Origin: Takakia lepidozioides
Taxonomy: Eukaryota > Plantae > Bryophyta
Length of the DNA stretch: 64,000 nt
Assembly (NCBI GenBank): GCA_030704615.1
Contig: CM060733.1
Span: 23,622,001-23,686,000 of the forward strand
Direction: 5' to 3'
Shown piece by piece: positions 51,311 through 64,000 of the stretch. The translations under genes were made by a program, and so were the position numbers. Each line of letters begins with the position of its first letter. The first letter of the stretch is position 1. The notes beneath the pieces were generated by a model that was not told the DNA's origin, ran no database searches, and was given only the letters and a program-made list of their open reading frames with translations.

Positions 51311-52818
51311 GATTAAATTAGCGATAACCGGGCAAAGTGTTCTCATAAGCTTAAGGTCGAGACCATGCCTGCTGGGCCTGGTATGGAAGATATCTTGATC
51401 CTCGTGTTTGGATCCCACAACAAAAAAACCCTGCTTACCTTGCTAGGCACGTGGATCCCACTATTCTGTTGTTTGTTTAGAATTGGATTTTCCAATTCTT
51501 TTGTATTTGCATTTGCACTCTTACCTAAACAAATGCTCATTATGCAAAACTTCCACTTTGGGCCTAACATTTGTCATTTCCACCGTTTGTCCCCAGTTAC
51601 ATTCAAGGAACGAATTCTAAAAGAGGAAGAAGAGCTGCGTGATTGGGAAGAATGGCGGGCGTATCGGAAGGCTTCAAGGGCATCAAGTAGAGTTGGCAGT
51701 AACATTTCAGATGACAATGTCAGCCGGTTTCACCTTCCTGAAAATATCTCCGTTTCTTTTGGTGCGAAGACCATTGCTAACCGGAGGCGTCTTCGGACAC
51801 ATTGACTGCGAGCCGTTTGGGAGGAGGCTCAGTATTATTAATGAGTTAGTGTAAGCCGTAACAGTTCTATGGCTTCAGAATCTATGGCTTAACAGTTGAC
51901 ATTATTTTTTTTGTTGGTTCATCGCCAATGATACAATCTCAAATAAAATATGTTTGATATCATCAATCAGGTCCCAACCGACTCATTTTTCCATGTTGTC
52001 ATCTTCATCACGTGCCATCATTGTTTCATATTTGGTTCTGCCATTGTTCCATGTTTGTTTGTGTATGTCATTTTGGATATCGGAGCTCTCATCATTGTTT
52101 GATTCATTGCATCTTTCCATTCCTTTTAATGAACGTCAACTTGGCAGTGGATGTTCCTCTAAGACCACAATACATACTTGTATTTCTGTGTAGAATGTGT
52201 GGAGGATTATATAATTCGTTGTTATATAGTGCACAAATAACCAAATAATTATAGATATATCTCTTTATTTATATTATAGATTATGTTTATTCATATATCT
52301 TATATTATTTCTGGACCAAACAAAAGCGCAGAATTCGTTAAAATAATGTTTTTAGCTGAATTTTCAGCGACCAAAATTGTTCATATTTCTATAATTCTCG
52401 ACCCATAGGTCCAAATTTTGTGAAACCAAGTCGGTCCATCCCTACTCATCGAGGGCTTTCCAACGGTACCAAAATTGTGGCCTCTATCTAAGCCCAAGTG
52501 CAACCTCCAGTATCATTCCAACACTTGATTTTGTAATTTAGTTGAATTTTCAGCGACCAAAATTATTTATTATTGCATAAGTCTCGGGCCAATCATTGTT
52601 GAAGTCCACTTTGCTATTTTTCACGAATAATTTCCGGTGACCTAAAGTACTTGAAACTCCACATCTCCCCCACCGTAGGTCCAAAAATCATGAGACCAAG
52701 TTGGTGCACACCTTCTCGTGGAAGGCTTTCCAACGGTACCAAACACCAAGGCTGGGCCCGTAGTTTGGGAGATCTCAATGCTACAAAATAAACAAACTAT
52801 CTTGCTTCATATATTGAC

Positions 52819-54320
52819 TAGGGTAGCCTGTGCCGTTGGCCCAAGTGTCAAGTGTCATCTAAGCCCAAGTGGGTCTCCTATGTATGCAAGTGCGTCTCCT
52901 ATGTCGAGGCCCAAGTGCGACCTCTAGGGTAACCTCTGTCGTTGGCCCAAGGGTCCAATGTCATCTAAGTCCAAATGCATTTTTTTTTCTACAGAGCCTA
53001 CGACCAGATTTGAACTGGAGACCTTTCCCTTGATATCTCTCTCCTCTCGAGGCTCCAACCATTGTCCCAAGAAAGCCCACTTTGCTGTTTTCGGAATTTC
53101 CAGTGACCCAAAGTACTTGAAATTCCACATCTCCCACACCGCAGGTCCAAACATCATGAGACCAAGCTCACCCCTCCTCGTCGAGGGCTTTCCAATGGTA
53201 CCAAGCACCAGGGCTGGGCCTCGCGGTTGGGGACATCTCAAATCTACAAAACAAACAAAACAAAACAAAACAAACGCCTCGCTTCATATATTGATATGAA
53301 GCAAGGTAGTTTGTTTGTTTGTTGGCTCCTCTCTAGAATAAAGAGGAGACTATGCATCAGTGTAAAAATTGCTAAGCCGTTGTTGTGCCTTCCCCAAGTA
53401 TCACCTCATCTCCTTTGTTAAAAACTTCTTCATGCCTCCAGGTAACATCTCCCTCAGATAACATCTCTCTTATTGAACAATTTATGAAAGAATAAATGGA
53501 TGAAGTTTTAAGTTTATTATGGATAAAAGTAGATTTCGCTATCACAAAGAGGAGCCATACGCGACTAGTCACTTGTTTGTTTTGTTTTGTTTGTTTTGTA
53601 GCGTTGAGATTTACTTTTGGTCGTCGGAAATTCGCGAAAAATAGCAAAGTGGGCTTTCTTGGAACAATGATTGGATATATTACTACTCAATAAATTCATG
53701 GAAAAAATAAATTGGTTTGTTCAATATCAAGGTAGTTTGTTTTGTTTTGTTTCGTAACGTTGAGATCTCCCAAACCGCAGGGACCCAGCCCTGGTACTTG
53801 GTACTGTTGGAAAGCCCTTGATGAGGAGGGGTGCGCACAGACTTGGTCTTATAATTTTGGTCTCAGTAGATGAAGCGAGGTACAAAATCAAGTATTTTTT
53901 TCAAATTCTTCACACTTGGGCCTCGACATAGGAGATGCACTTGGGCTTAGATGGGCCTCGACATTATATTAAATATTATTAAAAGACTGCATGTGAAAAA
54001 ATCTGTGAATCAAGGTTGTTTGTTTGTTTTACTTTGTTTCGTTTGTTACATGGAGATCTCCCAAACTGCACAATTTTAGTACTGTTGGAAAGCCCTCGAT
54101 GAGTAGGGGTGCACCGACTTGGTCTCAAAAAATTTGGACCTGCGGTGTGGGAGATATGGAATTTCAAGTACTTTTGGTTGCTGGAAATTCCTGAAAAATA
54201 GGCTTTCCTGCAACAATGCCGTGGAGATCTCCCAAACTGCAGGGTCTCTAGATACATAAGGGATTGCACTTGGACTTAGATGACAAATGGACACTTGGGC
54301 CAACGGCACAGGCTATCCTA
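52819..54320. mobile_element. Non-autonomous foldback/MITE-like element within a larger repeat cluster (about 52300-54320)
   Basis: TAGGGTAGCCTGTGCCGTTGGCCCAAGTGT at 52819 and its inverse ending at 54320. Internal modules of about 170 bp occur in both orientations; a related piece is at about 46467. Confidence 0.55.
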
Positions 54321-54599
54321 ATAGTATATGATGAATATGATAATATTCTTACTTAAAAACATAAACAGATAAAAATCTTTTCTTCGTATATTTTTTCTTC
54401 GTATTATTGGAAGAAGAAAACCCTTATAGTGCCATGATAATATTTTAGTAGTTAAATGATACTTTAACTATATTATAATATCATAAACCACATCCAATTT
54501 GTGCCAACGAAGTATAAGATAACTCGTTCAACAGGGCCTCTTTCCTATCTTCTTGCTCACTTCTAACTCAGCATCTGCCAAGATATATCACATCTATTT

Positions 54600-54793
54600 T
54601 TATAAAAAAAAATACAATTCAGGCCTTGAGGAGGGGGAAAAATTAACCCCCTTTCAGATAAGCCATTAGGCACACAGGTGGGAAATGTCACCACCGGACC
54701 AACCGGTCACGAACGATCCACACACCAGGCAGGGCAGCGGGTTTGAACCCCGAACCACTAGGGCGACACACTGTGCACTTACCAGCTGATGTG
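54600..54793 (-). mobile_element. tRNA-derived SINE
   Basis: A-box-like TCAGCTGGTAAG, B-box GGTTCAAACCC, T-rich tail, and 9-bp TSD CATCTATTT at 54591-54599 and 54794-54802. Confidence 0.7.
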
Positions 54794-56175
54794 CATCTAT
54801 TTGCCTTCTAGAGGGTTTCATTAGCGAAACTAGGGCTTCGCGTTGCTCCGCACTACTAGCGACGAATTCTGAGAACTACGTTCAATTTGCACAAAAGGGG
54901 TGGGTCATTTCCCATGGTGTTGCATCTGTTTATTGTTCAAAGGTAGGCTCCCCACCCTTAGTTTAAATTTCAGTCCACTGCCAACTGTATGTTGGCCCTT
55001 CATATCATCCTTTTAAGGTCTTCATGCTCAACTTCATTTCTGCCTTTCCCGCAAAGCCTGTTTAACATGACGGTCTTCCTTCCAATAAATTATCAGAATT
55101 AGATCAACATCAGTAACCTAGTTTAACCTGGCAAAGGTTCTATTTTTGAGCGGGCATGCCTATTATATTAATCACTGAAGATGGCAAAGGTTGAAATATC
55201 AAAATTACTAGAGACTCTTTCAAAATTGATTTGCCCAGGTGGCATGGTTGCAATGAAAACTCTCGAGATCTCTAATGTTGACACAATATTCCTATGAGTA
55301 TGATTATGATTCGCTAGTGCCTGTAAAGCTAAGAGGGAAGGTTAGTGTATATTTCAGACGTAGCCCAAACGTTATCATTGAAAACTGGCAAAGATGGCCA
55401 ATGATTGAGATTGAGGGTTACGGCGGAGTGCTGCACAGGTCAGTACACATCCCCAGGAAACAATAAAAACTCATTTTGTAGAAAGACCATGCAACAATCA
55501 TTTACATTTTCAAGCAAGAAGTTCAATATGGATATTCACAGGGTAAAGGTCGAAGAGGGAAAGAGAAACATATGATCAGGTGTAGAGGTAATTGGCTGCC
55601 ATCATTAAGTTCCAGCATAATTTTAGGTTCAATATAAAACTCGGTCTGCTTACCATTGCAATGCCAGCAAAATGCAAAGTCAACTCCAGACCTAAATTGG
55701 AAAGTATGAACAAAAGAGCACATGTAAGGAGTGTCACCAAATTTGGACTATCAACATCTTGAAGAGACTTAATTAGTAGCTAGACCTCTTCACTAATTTC
55801 ATTAGCTATTAGGACCAACAAAAGTACTGACAAACTTTCTGAAGAATGGGTGTACTGATCTCTGGAAATCTTACTTCACCTAACTCCATCTCCGTAAAAC
55901 TTCCTGTCACAATTACATGAGGTTCTTGTAGAGAGTTTCCTTCTGGAGAGTATCCTTCTGAGCCGGTTTGCTTTCCTCACTCTCCCTCTTGATACTCTCC
56001 ATTGGCTTACATAAGCTCTAGTTCAGACTGCAGACCCCAACTTACCAGGACAAACCCTCAATATGCTGTTAACTTAAAGAGCAGTGACCATGGGAACTCC
56101 CATTATACTGGGAAGTTGTAGAGCATACATGATAGATTTTGCATGGTTGAACAAACAGGCAAGACACAGACAAAT

Positions 56176-57284
56176 GACAGCATGGATTTCCTTAATTCTG
56201 GGATGCAACTTGTCATCTACAAAAAAGGTGTGCACCCTGTTGCCAACCTCAATGCAGAAGCAACCTGGCTCCCTTCTAACCCCTCTAACCTTCACCATTT
56301 TCTCACCTTTGCAGTATCATCCCACCTACCAGCTGCAGCATAGATGTTTGATATCAACACATAAGTCGCGGCATCCTGTTCATCCCACTTGAGGAAAGAT
56401 GTTGCCGCACGTTCAGCAATCTCCACATTGTCGTGGATTCTGCAGGCACCAAGCAAGGCCTTCCACACCACAACATCTGGATTGATTGGCATTTTATTAA
56501 TCAGGTTCACTGCCTCATCCAGTTGTCCCGCACGTCCAAGAAGGTCCACCATGCAGCCAAAGTGCTTTACTGTCGGAGTAACACCATGATCTTGACTCAG
56601 GGAATCGAAGTAGCGTCTTCCTTCATTCAGTAGGCCAGTGTGGCTGCATGCAGAGAGAACACATATAAAGGCGATATTGTCCGGCTTCAAGCCGTTCTTT
56701 TACATTCCTTCAAATAGTTGCAGGACCTCCCTATGACAACCATGTTGGGCATATCCTGCGATCATCGCATTCCACGACACCACATTTTGTTCAGTCACAT
56801 TGTCAAATATTCCCTTTTCATCCTTAATGCACCCACATTTCGCATACATGTCCACCAGGGCAATGTCCAGAATGATATTTGGTACAATTCCAACTTTGAG
56901 GATGTCACCATGCACCTCTTTGCCCTTTTCCAGGGCTGCCAAGCTTGCACAAGCATTGCAAACTCACACAAATGTGATGTTGTTGCGCTTCACCCCTTCC
57001 CCCATCATTTGCTCATAGGTCTCCAAGTCCTCCCGCCCACGCCCCTGCTGTGCATATCCTGCAAGCATGGCGTTCCATGACACCAAATCTCGTTCAACCA
57101 TATTGTGTAGCACTCCCTCCGCATCCTCAATGCTCCCACATTTGGCATACATGTCCACAAAGGTATTGTCCAGAATCACATCTGGTACAATTCCAGTTTT
57201 GGCGATGCAACCATGCACATCTTTGCCCTTTTCCAGGGCTGCAAGGCTTGCACACGCACTACAAACGCACACAAATACACACAC
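56176..57284 (-). pseudogene. PLS-class PPR protein with E/E+ domain, frameshifted and truncated
   Basis: VDMYAKCG, VSWNAMIAGYAQHG, CMVDLLGRAG, WKALLGACRIH and REPGCFCIEVGNRVHTF spread over different frames. Confidence 0.9.
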
Positions 57285-58894
57285 ACTATATGTCTGCTGC
57301 TGGGAGGCGGGTTTGAAGATCTAACATCAGCGTAAAACATTATCGTACCTTGTAAAAGTCGGTGGGACCGATGCGTGAGAGAAAACTGCCCTCGGGAACA
57401 TGAACCACCATGAATCGTATTTCAAATGCATCAAAAACCTGCCAATCTCCGTTGCTAATGAATTAATTCAAGAGAGCTTACCCTAGGCCGAGTAAACGAG
57501 TACTAAGATCTTTCATTGTATATCAGGAAAGTTGCCATCAAGGATCATATCTCCAGCCAACAACTCAACAGGTGATTGCACGCCAATGGTCGCCAGACCT
57601 ATTCAGTAATTATGGCATTTCAATAGAAACGATGTAAACAAAACTAGTTGCATCTCAACATTCTCCATTACCTGTGCCAAGGGGGTGGCCTGAAGCCTAT
57701 GCGAAGACAGACCCGGGAAAAGAGATGGTCCGGAATCAAAGTGATAGAATAGATTGAATGTCAAAAAAATGTGAGAAGATTCGCCTGCAGTCTCTATCCC
57801 TAGATCATAACGAAACTTCAGCAGGTCTATACACGACTCGTGTGAGCTGTGTCTTTCAGGTTCTCGTGCTTGACATGTAGTTTGTTAGAGCATCTCCACC
57901 GGGGGTACACTAAACACCACTGCACGGTAACCTCCCGCGGCCTCGAACACTCCCCTCCCCCAGCGGCAACTCCATCAAACTACCCTGCACATGTAATTTT
58001 TGATGACGTGCCTTGCTGCGGAGGGACCACTTGGCAGACACCACCTTACAGACAGGCATCTTTGATCTTCGTGCACACGGTACTTGCCCGCTAGAACTGT
58101 CCATTCTCTACGGCTTCCAACCATATCTGGCTCCAATATCACATGCTGTCAACTTTGCCGGAATCATCGTACACTTCTCTTTCAACATGAACAGTTCCAA
58201 CTTCAAGGTTCCAAGCTTCTACAGAGAACGTCCTCCTGCACAACAACGAGACCATTGCCACCCGCAACTTTGCAGAGGGGCCTTGACTGGGGCGCATAGT
58301 AGAATTTTACTATATCCGTAGTACGATCCATTGGACAACTGGGGCAATGCAAATTGTAGTGCAGAGGTTGGAATATGTGCACTGCAAAACCGTGGAGTAC
58401 GAAAGTAGACAATACGAAACTACACGGACAGAATATCTGCTTGAATGATTGGCGGAATATACTGACAAAGATGATGAGGCTCGGCACCGACTGCTGCATG
58501 AAAGTCTCAAAGGGATTGTCATGCCCACTGCCAGTCATGGGCTCTGCAGAGCACCTATTGGCCTAGCTGCAATGGTCAATTTGCCCACTGCAATTTCGGC
58601 GCGTACATACCGTTGGAAAGTACCGTTACATTGAAGACGTCTTCGGGAAGGTATCCAAAGCTCTACATGTGTCGATTTATGCGATACCCGACCTATCAAT
58701 AGTGGACACATGTCATTTCCTCCGCTAGCCTGCAGGGTAGATGAAGATGAGCACACGAAAAATCCAGTAGGCCCTAAGTTGACAATGTAAAGTAGGCGTG
58801 GGCGCGAGTTTTTCATTCATCCCAAAATTCCAATCGCCGCTTCAAGTACACCTTTTGCAAAGAATCGACATTTCAGAGTGACAAACCGTCCAGA

Positions 58895-61806
58895 GTGGCG
58901 AGCAAGCTGGAGGGCTTTAGCACAGACAGGAGTGCGTTCAAGCGTCGCAGAAGGAGGCAGTCTTTGTATTTCACAATTGAGAGACAACGTAGGAAAGCTC
59001 AGGAGAGGATGAAGGAGAAGAGGTTAGGTCGAGAGTTTGAAAGAATGGCAGAGGCATTTAGTAGAGGAGAAGATCGGGAAGAGGGAGAGTTAGTTTTTGT
59101 GGCTGGTGACGAGAATGAGGAAGCGAGCAAGGATAAGGGAACGCAGACGGCGGCCGCAACAGACGCTGAAGCCCAGACTGAGGACAAGCTGGGCAATGAT
59201 GCAGGAACCCTAAGGTTGTTGGTACCCTGCGTTTCTAGTTCTTCTCCACTCCATTCACTGCGAGAAACACAAGAAGAAGCCGTAGCCATCGCGGTGAGCA
59301 GACCTTTACTCCATTTTCCTGCAGTTGAAGCAAAGCTCTTTCATTTGATTCAGGTGTAACCATTCTGCTCGTATGCAGCCTCTCCGAAACCAGGTGGCGG
59401 CGATGGAGAAGGGCAACAGAAGGGATGGATCTGCACCATCAGGCCAAGGCGAGAACCCGACAGAGGTTTGTTAATGCTACTCACATCTGTTTTCGAGTAC
59501 GTTGTCCAAGGTTGTGTCAACGAAACCCTGAAATGCTTTCTCTTTTGCATCATATGTGCTTGCATACAGAAGTAAGAGAGTGCAGGACGCCAGGTTTGAG
59601 AGAGCAACATCAGGCTTGCAGTGACGGAAGCCTGTTTCAGAGGTCTCCAGCGGCTTCACATTTCCCATTTTTCTGAATCACCTTGATTATCTGGACTGAA
59701 GCAAAGGCCCCCTCTCATAATGAAAGTAGCGAAACAATGACGTTTTCAGACCTCTAAACTAGGCTTGCGTTGACGCAAGCGTAAAGTGGAGGCGCGCAGA
59801 ATTAATAGCTTGAGCCACTGAATGGCAGATCTTGTATGGGATTCATGATGTGTGAGAAAGAGAGGAGGAACACTAATGGAGGAGTATGTTTTGAAGTCGA
59901 TACATGCTTGCGTTGACGAAATAATGAAACTCAGAGATTGGTTCTTCCCCATTTAAAAGATTTCCACTCTCGGAATGTGTTGCATATGGGTGCTTGCAAG
60001 ACCTCTATATCAGGCTTGCGTTGACGCAAGCCTGATTTCTGAGGCTGGAAGTAACCCATATTTGAATGGGAGTTCTATGTGTTTCTGTTTTCACCTGTTT
60101 CTTATGTCGAGCAGAAGAAGAGGAGGAAGGGCAAAGAACCTGCAATGGCGTAAGCTGTCCAGACAGAAGTGCAGGACACTGATATGGATTACAAGGGCAT
60201 GGCCATCAAGATCAGATCAGGGTCCAAGGTGAAATCAGGACAAGTAATCCGGTCCATGATGGTTATGGAGGCGGGTATGTGTTTGGAACCCCAGTGTTTT
60301 ATGTTTCAGTAGGTGATTCCAATGGAAACGAGAAAGTGGTTGACGAGGGATCATGGCCAAGTGGGATAACTGGTGGAATGAAGTGAATTTGGAGTTCGAA
60401 CAGTCTCTGCCCAGGAGTCTCGAGTTGCAGGTGTATAGTAACAAGATGTTCTTTGTTTGGGACGGGAACCACCGCCTGCTTGCTTGGATGGAGTACATCG
60501 ACAATATGCATCAAGAAGAGAAAGATTGGCACTACTCAGTTGCACGACATGCGTTTTGGATCCGAATAGGAACTACACCCAGCTGCTAACAGCCATGCAT
60601 GATATAAACAAGCGAGTTCTCTCTACATTCACCAGATTCTACTACGAATTCACATTACACTCATTGTCGTGAGGACTCTGTCTTCCATTTGTTCACACTG
60701 GTTTGATTGTGCAGGCAGAGTCTTCCCATGTTACAACAAACCTGGTGCACACATTATCCAGGATGCAAAAGCTCGGAAGAATGCCCATGTCCAGCTTCAA
60801 GACTATTCTCACCTGAGGCCTTCGAGAAGTGCGAGACCTCCAAAAAGGCAGAGACATGGTACACACTCACCAGGGATGCGTTCCTGGAGTACATGTACAC
60901 GGTAAGTCCTGCATTCGAGAGTTGTTTTCTTTTCATACCAGAACATCTGGTCAGGTTTGCGTTGACGCAAGTTTAATTCACTGTGGAGTTTGGGCTCAGG
61001 TTTTCCAGTACACATTTGGGTGACTGACCTCTCTTTTGACCTTGTCCTTGTGTTGGGTAGCAAGAAATTGCTGATGCGGGTGAGCGGGGGAAAGCGGAGT
61101 ACTACGGAAAGACTCCAGAGAGTGAACGCACTGCCTTCGGAATAGAGACGGCAATGACTTTTCACATGAACGAATTCCGAGGGAAGGTGGTGATAGCGTT
61201 CACCAAACAGCTGCGTATAACTGATCCTGGTCTTGGCTCACAGTTTCAGGAAGAGGTCCGCATTCATTGGAGCAAGAACATGAAGCCTGAAATGACACAG
61301 GAGAAGCTGCACCGGCTTGCTATGGCAATGGTAGAGCCTGCAGTAAAAGTGCGTTGGCTTCAGATTTGGAACTCCGAGCCTGTTATTTGCCAGGCAAAAA
61401 GTTTTCCCATGGGCGAGAGGAACGCCACCACTGGAGTCGTAACCCCTTTTCAGTGACCAAGTGTGGGACATCTGGATACATAAAGCCACATTCTGAGCAC
61501 ATGTAAGAATTTATGTATACAGCTCTTCATTACTTGGACTGAGTGTGTTTGAGCTATACATTAGATTCTAATAGAGTGTTCCACGTGCCAGTTGGAGGAG
61601 AGGGCTCAGGAGGTTATGGAGAAATCACTCACAGACTTCAAGATCGTGGTTGGTACACCAGAAGAGTCATTCGAGACCTGGATAAGGAGGTGGAAAGAAA
61701 CCATGCGTTCTTCCGGGAATTCGCTGTGGAAGGTGGCATAAATCGCTCAAACTTGTTCGATGCGCAGCATAATGGCGAGTAGGCGATGAAACGAGTCATA
61801 TACAGG
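58895..61806 (+). pseudogene. Diverged paralog (D) of the ParB-like transposon gene
   Basis: KMFFVWDGNHRLLAWMEYI at about 60445-60500, then AMHDIN, TWYTLT, ITDPGLG..EKLHRL, WLQIWN and KRVIYR, colinear with the exons of copies B/C and with matching intron positions. The 5' boundary is uncertain. Confidence 0.75.
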
Positions 61807-62124
61807 TTTGTTATTCATGCATTAAAATTTTGGAGTGTTGTATTCGTCCTTTGGAACTGCCTCTATTGAGGATTGTGTTAACGCAAGCCTGCCGATCCTG
61901 GTCATTATGTCTTGCAGTCTCCGGTTACCTTGGGTCAGGGATCAGGCTTGCGTTGATGCAAGCCTGATTTTGGGTGGAATGGAACTTGGTGAATCCAGCC
62001 GAGTGTGTTATAGGGGTCTGTTGTCAGGTTGCGGAGTTCATGGTTGGTGGTTTCAGGGTCCCTCAAGATTGTGAGGAATGTGTCTTTTTCGGGTCTGCAG
62101 CAGGCTTGCGTTAACGTAAGCCTG
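59611..62124. repeat. Dispersed family-2 palindrome CAGGCTTGCGTTRACGCAAGCCTG (8 copies)
   Basis: Copies at about 59611, 59760, 59903, 60011, 60952, 61868, 61943 and 62101, some degenerate. Confidence 0.85.
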
Positions 62125-62719
62125 GTTCATGACAGCCGTCAAAAGCCAAAAGCCAAAAGCCAAAAAATAAAAAACGCCTTCCCGAAGGGTAGCCATTGCT
62201 TTTGTTGAGGTGACAGGGAAAACAACTTCTTGGGTATCAAGGCTCATGTTCCTGACCCGGGATCAGGCATCAAACAAGTGTTTCTGTCTTCTTCTCCATC
62301 GATGGCTCAAATCAAGGTCTGTCTTCAATATCCGGAGATCGATGTCATGGCTCTTCTAAAAGGAGACAGGGCATTTGTTCTGGAAATGCCCACTGGAGAT
62401 AAAGTTCAAGGGAAAGTGGAGAAAAGCTTTGAGCTAGACAGTAATGGTGACTACCTTACACTATACATCAAGGGAGAGACTTTGGAAGGACAGCTTGCCA
62501 CACAAATCACAGCGACAATCATCTACGATGCATATCAGGCTTGTCGTGCGCATACATATCACTACACAACTACATCGCTGTCCAAAACCACACAACACAT
62601 GTGCACATCAAACACTAGTCTATCACTAGTGCACCACTAGGCTGCCACTAGCGACCACTAGTGCAGCCACTAGTCCACTACTGTGTTGGAATCTCGTGGT
62701 CACACCTCTGCCAGGGTTA

Positions 62720-64000
62720 AGTAGGGCGTTCGCCCTCTTTCTTGTTATCCTTCTTCTTTCCACCCTTTTTTTTCGGGCTCGGATTCACAACCGGTTCCTT
62801 TGCTCTCAAAAGCCGGAGATCTTTCAACTGTAGCTACCTATCCGTAAGAGGTGCAAGAGCCTCGGCATTGTCATTCAAGTTCCGAAGGACGTTCTCCGCC
62901 CAGGGTGTGGATTGTTTGGGGCAATCCAGGTACCAGCCACAGTCTTTCAAATGGGACCTGCTCCAGTCCTCCAGAATTCCCGATGTGTACATAGTTGTGT
63001 CCGGATTTGTCTTTGCCCAACTGTCAATGAAGAATGGGTAGGCACTTAGAAACCCCCTTGGAAAAAGCACTCCGTGGATATATCTGTGGTGACAACCAGA
63101 AAAGAAATCAACATATGTACAAGACATACATGATAGCAGGTAACAAACCTTCGTTGCAACTATCTAAATACAGGCTATACCCATTCTTGCGTCCCATGAA
63201 CAACCCGCGTACATTCACTTGTCAATGCCGGATAATATCGATGAGGATTGGGATTGATTGAAGTAGCGGCGACAGTCTTGTGCACCGTAGTGGGGTAGAT
63301 GGCATCATGGGCCATGCACATGACAACTTTTTGTTTTTGCTAATGCGGCGGGATGTGTAGTACATGACTAATTGTTTGCTCGGGGCTAAGCACCAAAGGG
63401 TACCATGCATGCTTGCATTGTGGCGATGATCTTGATGCACATAGCTCCCGCCATCTTCACAAGATGATGTATCCCAACTACCGCAAATTTCTTCCTATAA
63501 CCAGACCAGGTGGTAATGTCTTGTTTTTGCCTAAAGACAGAGATTGGGTGGAGGACTGTTGTGCCCAACTGGATCTTCATGCGAACCGGGATTTTGTCAT
63601 TGCCAAGACATCCTTGCAAGCCATTTTGTGACCTTTTTCAAAACGAATTAGAATTTGGTATCCATCGGGAAAGACCAATGAGGAGGTCAATTTCGGTACC
63701 TTTGGGAATCTGAGTGAAGTGAAGAAATTGCCCTGGCTTGTCATCTGGCCTACGCGAAGGGTAGAGCGACTGAGGAATGTGCGGGAAAGCTTTGGGACTT
63801 GTTATAACAATCTCCCAACATTCTTCTTGTGGGACACCAAGCTGGAGTAACTGGTCGATTGACCGAGTGTCTTCAATAATAGGGGTGTCTAGCGCAATCG
63901 CCAAGCTCTCCATGGTCTGAAAGCCCATCCATAAGTAGTACATCGTGGGTTCCAATGGTGTACGTTGGGGGAGATGTTCACTGCGGCCTCTTTTGTTTGG
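62720..64000 (-). pseudogene. Fourth, highly diverged paralog (E) of the same gene (middle exons)
   Basis: YPFF..W..YT..I..W..HL..C.WYLD (62920-63045) and WSFPM..KWLARMSW (about 63600-63680) match PFF.W..YT..W..HL.GC.WYLD and WSFPL..VWLNRMTW in copy B. Confidence 0.6.

Noticed and set aside
54735-54793. tRNA gene
   Set aside because: Only A/B boxes are present; there is no convincing cloverleaf, and a TSD and tail indicate a SINE.
11755-57284. DYW fragment and PPR-E+ pseudogene as two halves of one gene
   Set aside because: Strand and order fit, but 44 kb, a gap and an intact dirigent gene lie between them, and there is no junction evidence.

Overview
Repeat-rich eukaryotic DNA, most likely from a non-seed land plant (GT-AG introns, PLS-class PPR and DYW relics, a dirigent gene), with a 500-N gap at 31583-32082. 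The left half is dominated by three partial copies (A 1-3082, B 11944-21817, C 22211-31582) of a large Mutator-like (MULE) DNA transposon. Besides its SWIM-finger transposase, this element carries an intron-containing gene for a ParB/Srx-like domain (WDGNHRL) linked to a beta-class amino-DNA-methyltransferase-like domain. It also carries an array of a 22-bp palindrome (GGAAATGCG-N4-CGCATTTCC) set at an almost exact 53-bp period, about 5 helical turns. Two diverged paralogs of the ParB-like gene lie at 58.9-64 kb. One of them has its own palindrome (CAGGCTTGCG-N4-CGCAAGCCTG), which keeps the same TGCG-N4-CGCA core and suggests a ParB/parS-like protein-site pairing on plant transposons (hypothesis). 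Copy A sits inside a Ty3/Gypsy element whose single polyprotein frame contains a DNMT3-like C5 cytosine methyltransferase between protease and RT and ends in a PHD finger. The rest holds a second Gypsy with a head-to-head LTR pair, a deleted Copia, one intact dirigent-like gene, telomere-like repeats, a DDD-type transposase relic, an FCP1-like relic, a foldback element, a tRNA-derived SINE and a PPR pseudogene.
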